Assembly: GCA_026395615.1 (NCBI GenBank)
Contig: JAPLYH010000051.1
Span: 6,318 to 56,564 of the forward strand
Origin: Candidatus Parcubacteria bacterium
GTDB taxonomy: Bacteria; Patescibacteriota; Minisyncoccia; Minisyncoccales; PEYH01
Length of the DNA: 50,247 nucleotides
Reading direction: 5' to 3'
This document shows, one piece after another, positions 33,840 to 42,857 of the stretch; the stretch's first letter is position 1, and each line of letters starts with the position of its first letter. The notes under the pieces were generated by a model. It saw nothing but the letters and a program-made list of their open reading frames with translations, was not told the DNA's origin and did not search any database. The position numbers and the translations under genes are program-made.

Positions 33840-34838
33840 CTATTTTAAATATCTTTGGATAGCGAGGTTGTGCTCTTTTAGAGTTCTGCTGAAAACCGTT
33901 TCTCCATCGGGCTTTGATAAAAAATAAAGATAACCAGTTTCTTTGGGGTGAATAGCGGCATTAATAGCTGAAATTCCCGGATTAGAAATGGGGCCTGCTG
34001 GCAAGCCAGCGTATTTATAGGTATTATATGGAGAATTTACTTGAGTATCATTTATAGTATAACGCCATTTATCAATGCCCAAAGCATAAGCAACGGTCGC
34101 ACAAGATTGTAAAGGAATATGACTTTCCAAGCGCCTCCAAAAAATTCCAGACACGATTTGGCGATCCTGCTCGGTGGCCACCTCTTTTTCTATTATTGAG
34201 GCCATTGTAACTATTTCAAAAATCATTTTTTCTTGAGAATATATTTCCTCTCTCATTTCTGGAGTAACTTTGTTATTAAAATTGTTTAACATCATTCTTA
34301 CGAACTCATTAACATCTGTTTTATCAGTAATCCAATAAGTATCCGGAAACAGATATCCCTCAAGATTGTTTTTCTCCGGTTTATCAATCAGAAAATCAAA
34401 TTCTTTAACAATTTCTTTAGAGGGAACGATTGCTTGTAAAAAACTTTCTTTTGAAAAAATTCCTTTTTCATCTAAATATTTGGCAATATCATTAATATTC
34501 CATCCTTCAATTATAGTAATTTTTATTCCCTTGATATCTCCTTTAATAATTTTATTAGCTATTTCGCTAATACTCATTGATGAAGATATACTATATTCCC
34601 CTGTTTTTAATTTATATTGCCCACCACTAATAAAAACATAAAAAGAAAAAGCGGTTTTGCTTTTAATCAGTCCCTCTTGTTTTAATTGAGAAGCAATAAC
34701 AGAAAGACCGCTCCCCCTTTCTATTGTAAAAATCTTTTCTGAGGTTCCCGAATTAAGGGGAATGTATAATTGGTAATATGCCCAACCTCCCAGAATCAAT
34801 ATTACAGCAACAACAAATATTAAAAATTTTTTAGACAT
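33840..34838 (-). CDS. mltG: endolytic murein transglycosylase MltG (YceG family)
   Basis: N-terminal TM, ...LEGYLFPDTY... and ...ASIIEKE... catalytic region, ...NTYKYAGLPAGPISNPG.... Confidence 0.9.
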   Translation of the reverse strand: MSKKFLIFVVAVILILGGWAYYQLYIPLNSGTSEKIFTIERGSGLSVIASQLKQEGLIKSKTAFSFYVFISGGQYKLKTGEYSISSSMSISEIANKIIKGDIKGIKITIIEGWNINDIAKYLDEKGIFSKESFLQAIVPSKEIVKEFDFLIDKPEKNNLEGYLFPDTYWITDKTDVNEFVRMMLNNFNNKVTPEMREEIYSQEKMIFEIVTMASIIEKEVATEQDRQIVSGIFWRRLESHIPLQSCATVAYALGIDKWRYTINDTQVNSPYNTYKYAGLPAGPISNPGISAINAAIHPKETGYLYFLSKPDGETVFSRTLKEHNLAIQRYLK

Positions 34839-35454
34839 TTTTATTTTTTACTAATGGAACGAAAACAAATCCAGGGTATTCTTGTTTTTCAAAATTATCT
34901 TCTGATTTTTTGGTAAAAACACAAATTGAATTATGTATAGGGATAACTATTTTTCCTCCAATTTTAAGCTGATTTTTCAAAGCAGAAGGAACGCTATCTG
35001 TCCCTGCTGAACAAAGAATGGCATCATAAAGAGCTTCCTCTAAATAACCATCTCTGCCATCACTACAAACAAACTTAAGTATACCATTTTTTATAAAATC
35101 ATAATTGCTTGCATTCTTTTGTCCGAACTCTTTAAGTTCAGGGATTATTTCAATTCCAATTACTTTTCCCTTATCACCGACAATACTGGCAAGAAGAGTA
35201 CTTGTCCACCCAGAACCCGAACCAATATCAAGAATTTTATCTCCTGGTTTTGGCTCTAATTTTTCTAACATAAACGCTACTACTAACGGTTGAGAAATTG
35301 TTTGTCCAAAGCCTATTGACAGAGCTTCATTTATTTCTGATAAATTCTTTATATCTTCTGGAATAAAATCCTCTCGCTTTATTTCTTTAAACGCTTTTAT
35401 TATCCTATCAGTTTTAAGCCATCCTTGTTCAATTAATTCGTTTATTAAAGTCAT
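34831..35454 (-). CDS. pcm: protein-L-isoaspartate O-methyltransferase
   Basis: GQTISQPLVVAFMLE, SAM site ILDIGSGSGWTSTLLA and DAILCSAG. Confidence 0.85.
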   Translation of the reverse strand: MTLINELIEQGWLKTDRIIKAFKEIKREDFIPEDIKNLSEINEALSIGFGQTISQPLVVAFMLEKLEPKPGDKILDIGSGSGWTSTLLASIVGDKGKVIGIEIIPELKEFGQKNASNYDFIKNGILKFVCSDGRDGYLEEALYDAILCSAGTDSVPSALKNQLKIGGKIVIPIHNSICVFTKKSEDNFEKQEYPGFVFVPLVKNKNV

Positions 35455-35500
35455 ATATAAAGCGAGGATATTTTATTTTAAGATGCATCACGCAGGCCGA

Positions 35501-35676
35501 GCGGGCATGGTTCCCCGCGACAAAGAGGAAGAGCGAGGCAATAAGGTTTCAGGGCAGCTCCCGCAGGTCTGTTTGGCATGGTCCCCGAGCGAAGCGAGGG
35601 GCAAACAGACCGAGGGACGCAGGCTGACAAATCTCGCTGGAGATTTGGACAGCCAGTGACCTGAAATCTTATTGCC
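35501..35676 (-). ncRNA. candidate structured RNA (island E), unassigned; strand uncertain
   Basis: A 17-bp closing helix (35537-35553/35660-35676) encloses a long hairpin (35566-35575/35602-35611 with a cccc/gggg apex) and a second hairpin (35623-35653, 8-bp stem with a 4-nt loop). A further stem lies at 35501-35518. There is no RBS-preceded ORF. Confidence 0.35.
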
Positions 35677-35683
35677 GAGCGGC

Positions 35684-36913
35684 TTACTCATAACCCCTCA
35701 ACGCATCTGTTGGTCTCAACTTCGCAGCTTTGCGGGCAGGTAAATATCCTGAAAGACAACCGATTAAAAACGAGAAAAATAATCCAAATATTATCAAAGA
35801 GGCGGGCATATACGCTTCCAGTAAGAAACTTCCGCTTGCTCGGCTATAACCTTCTATAAGCTTGGCAACGATTAAGCCAAAGATTACTCCACCAGCTCCG
35901 CCAATCAAACCTAAAATCCCTGATTCTATAAGAAAAATTGAAATAACAGCGCTATTCTTAGCTCCTACTGCCTTCAAAACACCAATTTCTTTTGTCCTTT
36001 CGCGAACAGAAGTAAACATTGTATTCATAATTCCAAGACCGCCGACTAAAATTGATATACTTGCAAAAAGCATTACGGCTGCTTGAATTACTCCAACAAT
36101 TCCGCCAGCTATATTGCCCATCTTTTCTGATGTAAGAACTGAAAAATCAGAAACATTTTCTCCTCTTTTTCTCTTTCTTACTTCATCCAATGCCTTTTTA
36201 ATTTTAGCTGCTAATTCATCCGGAGAAACTCCTTCTTTTGCTTTCACCATAATCATTAAAGCACTCCCATCTCTCTCCCCTGTCACCTGTTGATAAACAG
36301 GCCTGTCTAAATAAACAGATGTATCATCGCTTTTACTCCCAATAGAGTTCAATATTCCCACCACTCTGAAAGTTCTGCCATTAATAGTGGCCGCATCTCC
36401 TACTCTGATTCTTCTCCCAAAAAAATCTTTCTGCGCTACCAAGCTGCCGAGCAATATTTCTCTTTTTCCTGGAGATGGCCAAGTTCCTTCGGATAAACTC
36501 CATCCCTGAAAAGTGCTCAAAAAATCCTTACCCTCGTCCCAGGGAAAACTTACTAAAAAAATTACTTTTTGCTCATTATTATAACGCATTAGCTGTGATT
36601 TTTGAGAAGTCGGCAACACCACATCAACTCCTTCTACTTTTTTAATCGTCAAGATATCTTCTTCACTCAACATTTGTCCGCCCATAAATGTGGCTATAGG
36701 ATTATCTATTGCTCCAGGCATAACAAGAATAACGTCTCCTCCTAAAGAATTTAATTGTTTAAGAATAGAATTCTTGATTCCACCACTCAAGGAAATAAGA
36801 GTAATAACCAAAAAGATGCCAACTACTATACCAAAAATAGTTAGCCAACTTCTCAGTTTTCTGTTTCTAAGATTTTTAATAGCAAGTTTAAAATATTCTT
36901 TTATTATTGCCAT
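35684..36913 (-). CDS. ABC transporter permease, MacB/FtsX family (second copy)
   Basis: 409 aa with the same architecture as 818-2041. It ends ...GYLPARKAAKLRPTDALRGYE. Confidence 0.85.
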   Translation of the reverse strand: MAIIKEYFKLAIKNLRNRKLRSWLTIFGIVVGIFLVITLISLSGGIKNSILKQLNSLGGDVILVMPGAIDNPIATFMGGQMLSEEDILTIKKVEGVDVVLPTSQKSQLMRYNNEQKVIFLVSFPWDEGKDFLSTFQGWSLSEGTWPSPGKREILLGSLVAQKDFFGRRIRVGDAATINGRTFRVVGILNSIGSKSDDTSVYLDRPVYQQVTGERDGSALMIMVKAKEGVSPDELAAKIKKALDEVRKRKRGENVSDFSVLTSEKMGNIAGGIVGVIQAAVMLFASISILVGGLGIMNTMFTSVRERTKEIGVLKAVGAKNSAVISIFLIESGILGLIGGAGGVIFGLIVAKLIEGYSRASGSFLLEAYMPASLIIFGLFFSFLIGCLSGYLPARKAAKLRPTDALRGYE

Positions 36914-37629
36914 AAAATATTTTCAGCTTGTTTATGATTTTGAACTATTTGCCCATCAATTATATTAAAAACTTTCTCGCTGTACTTGGCTATAACAGGA
37001 TCATGGGTAACCACCACAATAGTCCCTTTTTCTTTTTTATGAAATTCAACCAACATATCCATGATTTTCTGGCCTGATTGAGAATCAAGATTTCCTGTTG
37101 GCTCATCAGCAATAACTAATTCAGGATCATTAGCAAAGGCCCTGGCAATAGCCACTCTTTGTCTTTGTCCTCCTGAAAGTTCTGATGGTAGATGATTTAC
37201 CCTATCATTTAACCCGACTAAATCTAAAAGATAAAGCGCCCTTGCCTTTCTTTGCGCTTCGGGCGTTCCTTGAAATACCATTGGAATCATTACATTTTCC
37301 AATGCAGTAAGGTGTTGTAATAAATTAAATTGCTGGAAAATAAAGCCGATTTTCTTGCCTCTCGTTTGGGCAAGCTGATTTTCCGAGAGCAAGGAAGTAT
37401 CTTGGCCATCAAGAAAAATCTTTCCTTTAGTAGGAAAATCAAGACATCCAATCATATTTAAAAGAGTGCTCTTGCCCGAACCACTGGGCCCCATAATTGA
37501 AACAAATGTCTGCGAAAGAATTTCTAGATTAATTCCTCTAACTGCAGGCACTTCTACTTTATCCATCTGGTATGTTTTCCAAACATCTTGAAGGCGGATA
37601 ATTGATTTCTCCATATTTTTATTCAACAA
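36904..37629 (-). CDS. ABC transporter ATP-binding protein (second copy)
   Basis: [35 protein letters not shown] and VTHD. Confidence 0.9.
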   Translation of the reverse strand: MLNKNMEKSIIRLQDVWKTYQMDKVEVPAVRGINLEILSQTFVSIMGPSGSGKSTLLNMIGCLDFPTKGKIFLDGQDTSLLSENQLAQTRGKKIGFIFQQFNLLQHLTALENVMIPMVFQGTPEAQRKARALYLLDLVGLNDRVNHLPSELSGGQRQRVAIARAFANDPELVIADEPTGNLDSQSGQKIMDMLVEFHKKEKGTIVVVTHDPVIAKYSEKVFNIIDGQIVQNHKQAENILWQ

Positions 37630-39232
37630 TAACTTTTTCTCCCTCGTTCAACCCTTCAATAACTTCAACTAAATTATTATCTCCCTCAAGTCCGATTCGG
37701 ATTTCTTTTTCTTTTGGTTTGCCATTTTCTAATATTTGTACAAAGGTCTTTTCTCCATCTTTTTGGACTGCATCATCAGAAACAACTAACACATTATTTC
37801 TTGAATCAGTAATAATGGAAATATCTGCTGTCATACCTTGTTTTAAACCTTCTGGCGCTGAATTAAAACTTATTCTTACTTGATAATAAACGACCCCATC
37901 TATTAATTTCTCTGCCGGTTCAATTAAAATTACTTTTCCTTCAAATATCTGTCCCGGAAAAGCAACTAAACTTATTTTCACAAGATCATTATCTTCAATT
38001 TTAACAATATCTTCCTCGTAAATATCAACATCTATCTCAAACTCTTCCGAAGGCAAAACAGAAATTATCGGAACAGTGGCCTGGATGGTTTCCCCTGCCA
38101 ACTTATCAACTGACACAACCGTTCCATCAACAGGACTTCTTAATGAAGCATCATAAATTTGATTCTCTAAAATATCCACGCTGGCTTGCGCACTTCTTAA
38201 TTTTGCTTGATAAAGATTTAAATCTTCTATTCTCGGCTCAGCAACAGTTAAAGCTAAATTATCTTCCGCTGTTTTTAGAGCATCTTTCGCAGTAGCAACA
38301 TTTGCCGTAGCAGTGTCTATGTCAGTTTCATTAGCAAGCTCTACGGAAACAATACTTTGTCGTTCTCCTACAATATTCGTATAAGCAGTATTAATATATT
38401 CTCTTTGCGTATCTAAAGACTCCCTATCTGTAGATGAAACGGTTTTGCGATAACTATCATTTTCTACAATGGTTCTTATTCCTGTTAAATCATCGCGGAT
38501 AACGGCCAAATTCTTCTCAAAATCCCAAATAGCAGAATCTATATTAAATTCAGTAAGATATAAATTAACCGCATCTAAAAATGTTTTCATTTCTCCCACA
38601 ACATCTTCTATTGATTTTTTATATGATTTAACTTCAAGCGAATATTGATCACTATCGCTAAAATATTTACTTTGTATAGATGTTATCGCAGTTAAAGCAT
38701 TATATGCTTTAAGATACGAATCATTGAAAGTATTAAGAGCATCTTCATATGTTTCTTTTAAATCATTATCAGCTGATGATTGAGCATTTGTTAAATCTCT
38801 TTCTTTATTAGCTAAAGTTGTTTTAGCGTTATCTACTGTTGTTTGCGCTACTTGAATTTGTTCTTTACTCGCTCCAGCTATTAATTTATCCAATTCTGCC
38901 TGAGATAGAGCTAAATTCGCCCTCGCCTGCTGGAGTTGAATGTTCAGTTGAGAGTTATCAAGTTTTGCCAATACAGCGCCTTTCACTACCTCGTCCCCTG
39001 CTTTTACAGATATTTTTTCAATTTGGCCTACAGTTTTAAAACTCAAAGGAACAATATCTCCCTTTTTAACTGTTCCGCTTTCTGAAACTTCTTGGATCAC
39101 ATCGCCTTTAGTAACAGTATAAAAATTATAAGTATTGCCTTTTTTAGAAAAAGCGATGATAAGAATAGCAATAATGATAACCGCTATAATTCCAAAAATA
39201 ATAATTGTTTTCTTCTTGAACCTTATTTTCAT
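37619..39232 (-). CDS. HlyD/MacA-like adaptor protein (second copy)
   Basis: 537 aa with an N-terminal TM, a coiled-coil middle and a barrel-like C-terminus. Confidence 0.7.
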   Translation of the reverse strand: MKIRFKKKTIIIFGIIAVIIIAILIIAFSKKGNTYNFYTVTKGDVIQEVSESGTVKKGDIVPLSFKTVGQIEKISVKAGDEVVKGAVLAKLDNSQLNIQLQQARANLALSQAELDKLIAGASKEQIQVAQTTVDNAKTTLANKERDLTNAQSSADNDLKETYEDALNTFNDSYLKAYNALTAITSIQSKYFSDSDQYSLEVKSYKKSIEDVVGEMKTFLDAVNLYLTEFNIDSAIWDFEKNLAVIRDDLTGIRTIVENDSYRKTVSSTDRESLDTQREYINTAYTNIVGERQSIVSVELANETDIDTATANVATAKDALKTAEDNLALTVAEPRIEDLNLYQAKLRSAQASVDILENQIYDASLRSPVDGTVVSVDKLAGETIQATVPIISVLPSEEFEIDVDIYEEDIVKIEDNDLVKISLVAFPGQIFEGKVILIEPAEKLIDGVVYYQVRISFNSAPEGLKQGMTADISIITDSRNNVLVVSDDAVQKDGEKTFVQILENGKPKEKEIRIGLEGDNNLVEVIEGLNEGEKVIVE

Positions 39233-39264
39233 AAAAAATAGAGATTAATTTTAAAAAATAAATA

Positions 39265-39340
39265 TGGCAGGCCCGCCGTGAGTTGAACACGGAACCCCCG
39301 CTTTTGGAGAGCGGTGCTCTGCCAATTGAGCTACGGGCCT
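39265..39340 (-). tRNA. tRNA-Trp (anticodon CCA), 3' CCA encoded
   Basis: Acceptor AGGCCCG/CGGGCCT, anticodon loop CTCCAAA, T-arm CCGTG-TTCAACT-CACGG, followed by G-CCA. Confidence 0.9.
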
Positions 39341-39355
39341 ATATCTAATATTTAA

Positions 39356-39401
39356 GTGCTGGATTGGAGATCTCCGCTCTGCCGATTAGAGCTCCGCTCC
39401 T
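39356..39401 (-). pseudogene. degraded copy of the 5' half of tRNA-Trp
   Basis: AGGAGCGGAGCTCTAATCGGCAGAGCGGAGATCTCCAATCCAGCAC compared with AGGCCCGTAGCTCAATTGGCAGAGCACCGCTCTCCAAAAGCGGG. The D arm and anticodon loop are retained. The anticodon stem no longer pairs and there is no T arm. Confidence 0.5.
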
Positions 39402-39407
39402 ATATTT

Positions 39408-39656
39408 TTACAATCGACGGGCGCAAACAGCAAAATGAAAAAAATATTTTTCTAATCCATCTAAAGAACCTTTGTATTCACGATTATTAGAAATCGCGTC
39501 TAAAAAAACCTCTCTTGCCCGGCCAATCTCTTTAAGCCGACCTCGCCATCTTAAATCTCCCATGGTTAAATCAAACAAATCCAAGGCGCGAAACAGTTCG
39601 CAAAGGGAAAGTTTCTGCCATCTTCCTTGAGCTAAATTTTGATGTATCATTTCCAT
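39408..39656 (-). CDS. hypothetical protein (82 aa)
   Basis: The ORF follows the upstream gene by 9 nt. No family recognised. Confidence 0.4.
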   Translation of the reverse strand: MEMIHQNLAQGRWQKLSLCELFRALDLFDLTMGDLRWRGRLKEIGRAREVFLDAISNNREYKGSLDGLEKYFFHFAVCARRL

Positions 39657-39665
39657 AATCCCGTT

Positions 39666-40016
39666 CTATTCAATTATCAATTTATCTACAATGTTTCTAA
39701 TTTTTTCTTTTGTTTCGGAATTTTCCACATCTCGCGAACAGTTATCAAAAGAAGGTTTAATGTTTACCATTGAATCAAATTCAATCCATTCTTCTTTTGT
39801 TTTACCGGGATAAAGGTTAATGCCCCAGGTTTCTCCTCTTTTTGATCCCTCTTCTTCCATAAGCTTGACCTCTTCATCTGAATGAAGTTCTCCGCCTATT
39901 GCCATAATCTCTTGACCCACATCAACCACTGCCTTAACTAAAATCCCAAACCTTTGCTTGGCGACTTCTTCTAACTGCTTTTTATTTATCGGATTCTTAA
40001 CAATCTGTATTTCCAT
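39666..40016 (-). CDS. hypothetical protein, resembles the DUF5674 family from memory
   Basis: 116 aa with KAVVDVGQEIMAIGGELHSDEEVKLMEEEGSKRGETWGINLYP...IEFDSMVNIKPS. The family call is unverified. Confidence 0.5.
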   Translation of the reverse strand: MEIQIVKNPINKKQLEEVAKQRFGILVKAVVDVGQEIMAIGGELHSDEEVKLMEEEGSKRGETWGINLYPGKTKEEWIEFDSMVNIKPSFDNCSRDVENSETKEKIRNIVDKLIIE

Positions 40017-40026
40017 AATAGGAAAA

Positions 40027-40197
40027 CTACTTCTTGGCTTCTTTGTGTATTGTGTGTTTTCGACACTTTACACAAAACTTTTTCAATTCCAACTTTTTCC
40101 CTTCTGTTGTTGCATCGTGGGATTTCCTTGTGTAATAATTAATCTCTTTACACTCATCGCACCTAAGACGTATAATTGGTTTCTTTTTCTTTGCCAT
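40027..40197 (-). CDS. rpmG: 50S ribosomal protein L33
   Basis: 56 aa: [56 protein letters not shown], with two CxxC pairs. It is below the track cutoff. Confidence 0.85.
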   Translation of the reverse strand: MAKKKKPIIRLRCDECKEINYYTRKSHDATTEGKKLELKKFCVKCRKHTIHKEAKK

Positions 40198-40243
40198 AAT
40201 TGTCCGCGAAAATAAGTCGCAATATTAATAATTAATTCCCTTG

Positions 40244-40316
40244 AGCCGGGAGCGAGGGTCGAACTCGCGACCTTTCCCTTACCATGGGAATGCTCTGCCA
40301 ACTGAGCTATCCCGGC
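40244..40316 (-). tRNA. tRNA-Thr (anticodon GGT)
   Basis: Acceptor GCCGGGA/TCCCGGC, anticodon stem TTCCC/GGGAA with loop ATGGTAA, T-arm GCGAG-TTCGACC-CTCGC. Confidence 0.9.
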
Positions 40317-40333
40317 ATTATGATTTATTCATA

Positions 40334-40417
40334 TGGGCAGGGAGGGATTTGAACCCCCGTAGGCCTGAGGCCGCGAGATTTACAGTCTCGTCCATTTGAC
40401 CGCTCTGGCACCTGCCC
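40334..40417 (-). tRNA. tRNA-Tyr (anticodon GTA), long variable arm
   Basis: Acceptor GGGCAGG/CCTGCCC, anticodon loop CTGTAAA, variable arm GCGGCCTCAGGCCTAC, T-arm GGGGG-TTCAAAT-CCCTC. Confidence 0.9.
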
Positions 40418-40481
40418 AGAATAATTATTTATCAATAATTGACTTGAATATTATCATAAACCTTCCTTATTTTCAACATTT

Positions 40482-41186
40482 TTAGCTATTTTTCTTTTTC
40501 CAATCATCTATATCCTTATGATTACCAGAAAGAAGAACTTTTGGCACTTTCCAAAATTTGACTTTTCGAAATTTTGGAGGACAAAATTTACAATTTTTTA
40601 AATATTTTCCAGGTTCTAAAATCTCTGGGCGAGTATATTGAGGATACTCTTTATCCTCCAGCGTAAAACTCTCCTCTTTTAGCGATTCATTTTTTATCAC
40701 TCCCGGTATTAATCTAGAAACCGCGTCAACTACTACCATAGCTGGGATTTCCCCTCCAGTAAGTACATATTCTCCTATTGAAATTTCTTCATCAGCTATA
40801 TATTTCGCCACTCTTTCGTCAACTCCTTCATAGCGTCCACAAATTAATATCACCTGTTCATATTTTTTAGCTAATTCCCGAGCTTTATTTTGATTAAACG
40901 GTTTACCTTTTGCGGAAAATAAAATGATTCTTCTGCCTTTATTATTAATCTTCCTATTAATAATCTTCTTAACTGCCTTAAGAATAATATCCGCTTTTAA
41001 AATCATCCCTGCTCCCCCGCTATATGGTCTACTGTCAACCGTGTGGTGTCTATCTGTGGCAGAATCTCTTAGATTGTGAATATTAATCTTCACCAGCTTT
41101 CTTTTTTGAGCTCGTTTGATGATACTTTCGTTGAAGTATGAGTCAAAAATCTCCGGAAATATTGTTATAATATCAAATCTAATCAT
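40482..41186 (-). CDS. trmD: tRNA (guanine37-N1)-methyltransferase
   Basis: MIRFDIITIFPEIF..., SAM knot YSGGAGMIL and ICGRYEGVDERV...EISIGEYVLTGGE. The start is taken at the internal ATG; the track ORF extends to 41213. Confidence 0.9.
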   Translation of the reverse strand: MIRFDIITIFPEIFDSYFNESIIKRAQKRKLVKINIHNLRDSATDRHHTVDSRPYSGGAGMILKADIILKAVKKIINRKINNKGRRIILFSAKGKPFNQNKARELAKKYEQVILICGRYEGVDERVAKYIADEEISIGEYVLTGGEIPAMVVVDAVSRLIPGVIKNESLKEESFTLEDKEYPQYTRPEILEPGKYLKNCKFCPPKFRKVKFWKVPKVLLSGNHKDIDDWKKKNS

Positions 41187-41251
41187 AGGTTTACCAAAAA
41201 ACCGCACTACCATATGATAGCACGGCTCTTTGTTTTTGAAAACTAAACTAA

Positions 41252-41572
41252 TTAAAGCTTTAAATCGTCAAATTTTGGTTCACTGGTTTTTTCCCGATTC
41301 ATCGGTCTACCTGAACCGCCTTCTGGTTCTTCTATTTTAAGATTGACGCGGGCATGATTCTTTAAACCAATAATGCGAAGCAAGGTTCTGATAGCTCTGA
41401 CTGTAGAGCCCTCTCGGCCGATAATTTGGCCCATATCTTCCTTGTTAAGATTAAGGTTTAATAAAACGCCCATTTCATCAACATTGCGGTCAATCTTGAC
41501 ATCGTTTGGATTGTCTACTAAGGCCTTGACGACAAACTCAAGGAAATCTTTGTCAGGTGTCTTTTCTGCCAT
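41252..41572 (-). CDS. KH-domain RNA-binding protein (YlqC-like) with C-terminal extension
   Basis: GQIIGREGSTVRAIRTLL GxxG loop, between rpsP and trmD as in the usual operon. Confidence 0.8.
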   Translation of the reverse strand: MAEKTPDKDFLEFVVKALVDNPNDVKIDRNVDEMGVLLNLNLNKEDMGQIIGREGSTVRAIRTLLRIIGLKNHARVNLKIEEPEGGSGRPMNREKTSEPKFDDLKL

Positions 41573-41688
41573 ATTCTTTAAATCTTATTATTTCACTTTC
41601 CGACCTTTCCATTCTATCCTCTGTAAAAACAGAGTTGGGAACTCCTATTATTTTAATTCTTTAAAAAAGAATGTCAAGATTAATATTG

Positions 41689-42129
41689 CTAGACTTGTTC
41701 TTTTTCTGATTCTTTTGGTTCATCACTTCCTAATTCTTGCTTTGGTTGTTCTGGCGCCTCTGGTTTAATTTCTTCCTTCGGAGCTTCTTCCTTTGTGACT
41801 TCCGCCTTCGGAGCTTCAACGCTCGGTTGCTGGACTACCGCTGGTTCCTCTCCTTTTCCCTTTTTAACGCTATGAACCGCTAATTTCACGCCTGTTATTA
41901 TTTTATTCTTTACTAATAGATTGTGTATTGTATCTGATGGTTGTGCCCCTTTAGAAATCCAATATTTTATCCTTTCAGAGTTGAAAATTTTTTCTTTTGT
42001 TTTCGGATCATAAGAACCGAGTTGTTCTATAAACTTTCCGCTCTTTGGAGGACGGGTCTTTTCAGTAACCACTATTTTATATGATGGCTGGTGTAATTTT
42101 CCCCGTCTTAAAAATCGTATTGATAACAT
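41689..42129 (-). CDS. rpsP: 30S ribosomal protein S16 with K/E/P-rich C-terminal tail
   Basis: MLSIRFLRRGKLHQPSYKIVVTEKTRPPKSGKFIEQLGSYDP..., followed by about 60 aa of low-complexity tail. Confidence 0.9.
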   Translation of the reverse strand: MLSIRFLRRGKLHQPSYKIVVTEKTRPPKSGKFIEQLGSYDPKTKEKIFNSERIKYWISKGAQPSDTIHNLLVKNKIITGVKLAVHSVKKGKGEEPAVVQQPSVEAPKAEVTKEEAPKEEIKPEAPEQPKQELGSDEPKESEKEQV

Positions 42130-42162
42130 AAATGAATAAATGATTAATATTCAATAATAAGA

Positions 42163-42840
42163 TTATTTTTTCTGCCAACCCCTTTTTTTAATTCCTGCGC
42201 TGGCAGCGTTTTCTTCCGCTTCCTGCTTTGACATTCCTTCTCCTTGGGCTATTAATTTTTCTCCCAAAAAGACACCTGCAACGAAACTCTCTTTTAAAAC
42301 TTCATAATGGGGTGTTATTTTCTCTTTTTCCTGGGCCATTTCCTGAAATTGGCTCTTATGATCTATAAATTCATGATTGGCCAATATTGACGGTAATTTA
42401 GCGCTTAAATACTTTTCTATGAAGTTTTTACATATTTCATAGCCCTGGTCAAGATATAGGGCGCCAATAAATGCTTCCAAAGTATTTGCCAATATCTCTT
42501 GCCTCGCTTTTCCCCTTTCCTTATGTTCTCCTTTAGATAGCAACAAAAATTCATTAAAATCAAGTTCTTTTGCTGCCTTAGATAATGATTTGCTGTTAAC
42601 CAACGCTGCTCGCCAGCTTGTGAGAGCTCCCTCTCCCTCTTCGGGATAATCTTTATATAATTGTTCGCTTATTACTAACTCCAGAACTGCGTCTCCTAAA
42701 AATTCTAATCGCTCATTGTGCCCCGTGCAGAATTTCGGATTTTCATTTAAATAAGAACGGTGACAAAATGCCTGCGCTAAAAGTTCTTTATCGCGAAAAC
42801 CGATATTTAATTTTTTTTCCAGTTTTGAAAAATCCTCCAT
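42163..42840 (-). CDS. rnc: ribonuclease III
   Basis: Signature ERLEFLGDAVLELV plus a C-terminal dsRBD. Confidence 0.9.
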   Translation of the reverse strand: MEDFSKLEKKLNIGFRDKELLAQAFCHRSYLNENPKFCTGHNERLEFLGDAVLELVISEQLYKDYPEEGEGALTSWRAALVNSKSLSKAAKELDFNEFLLLSKGEHKERGKARQEILANTLEAFIGALYLDQGYEICKNFIEKYLSAKLPSILANHEFIDHKSQFQEMAQEKEKITPHYEVLKESFVAGVFLGEKLIAQGEGMSKQEAEENAASAGIKKRGWQKK

Positions 42841-42857
42841 CGCTTTTTACTTATTTA

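Noticed and set aside
35640-35680. A TPP-riboswitch-like string, ACCTGAAATCTTATTGCCGAGCG compared with ACCUGAUCUGGAUAAUGCCAGCG.
   Set aside because: The 5' half of the THI element (GGGGUGC, CUGAGA) is missing. The strand has no downstream gene, and the segment is better explained as one arm of the 17-bp closing helix.
35488-35691. The 67-aa ORF covering island E.
   Set aside because: Its ATG lies inside the permease stop region without a usable RBS. Its S/P/R/L-rich composition is typical of a random frame in GC-rich RNA-like sequence.
40083-40301. The 72-aa minus-strand ORF.
   Set aside because: It overlaps tRNA-Thr and is out of frame with the clear L33 gene (40027-40197). It is spurious.
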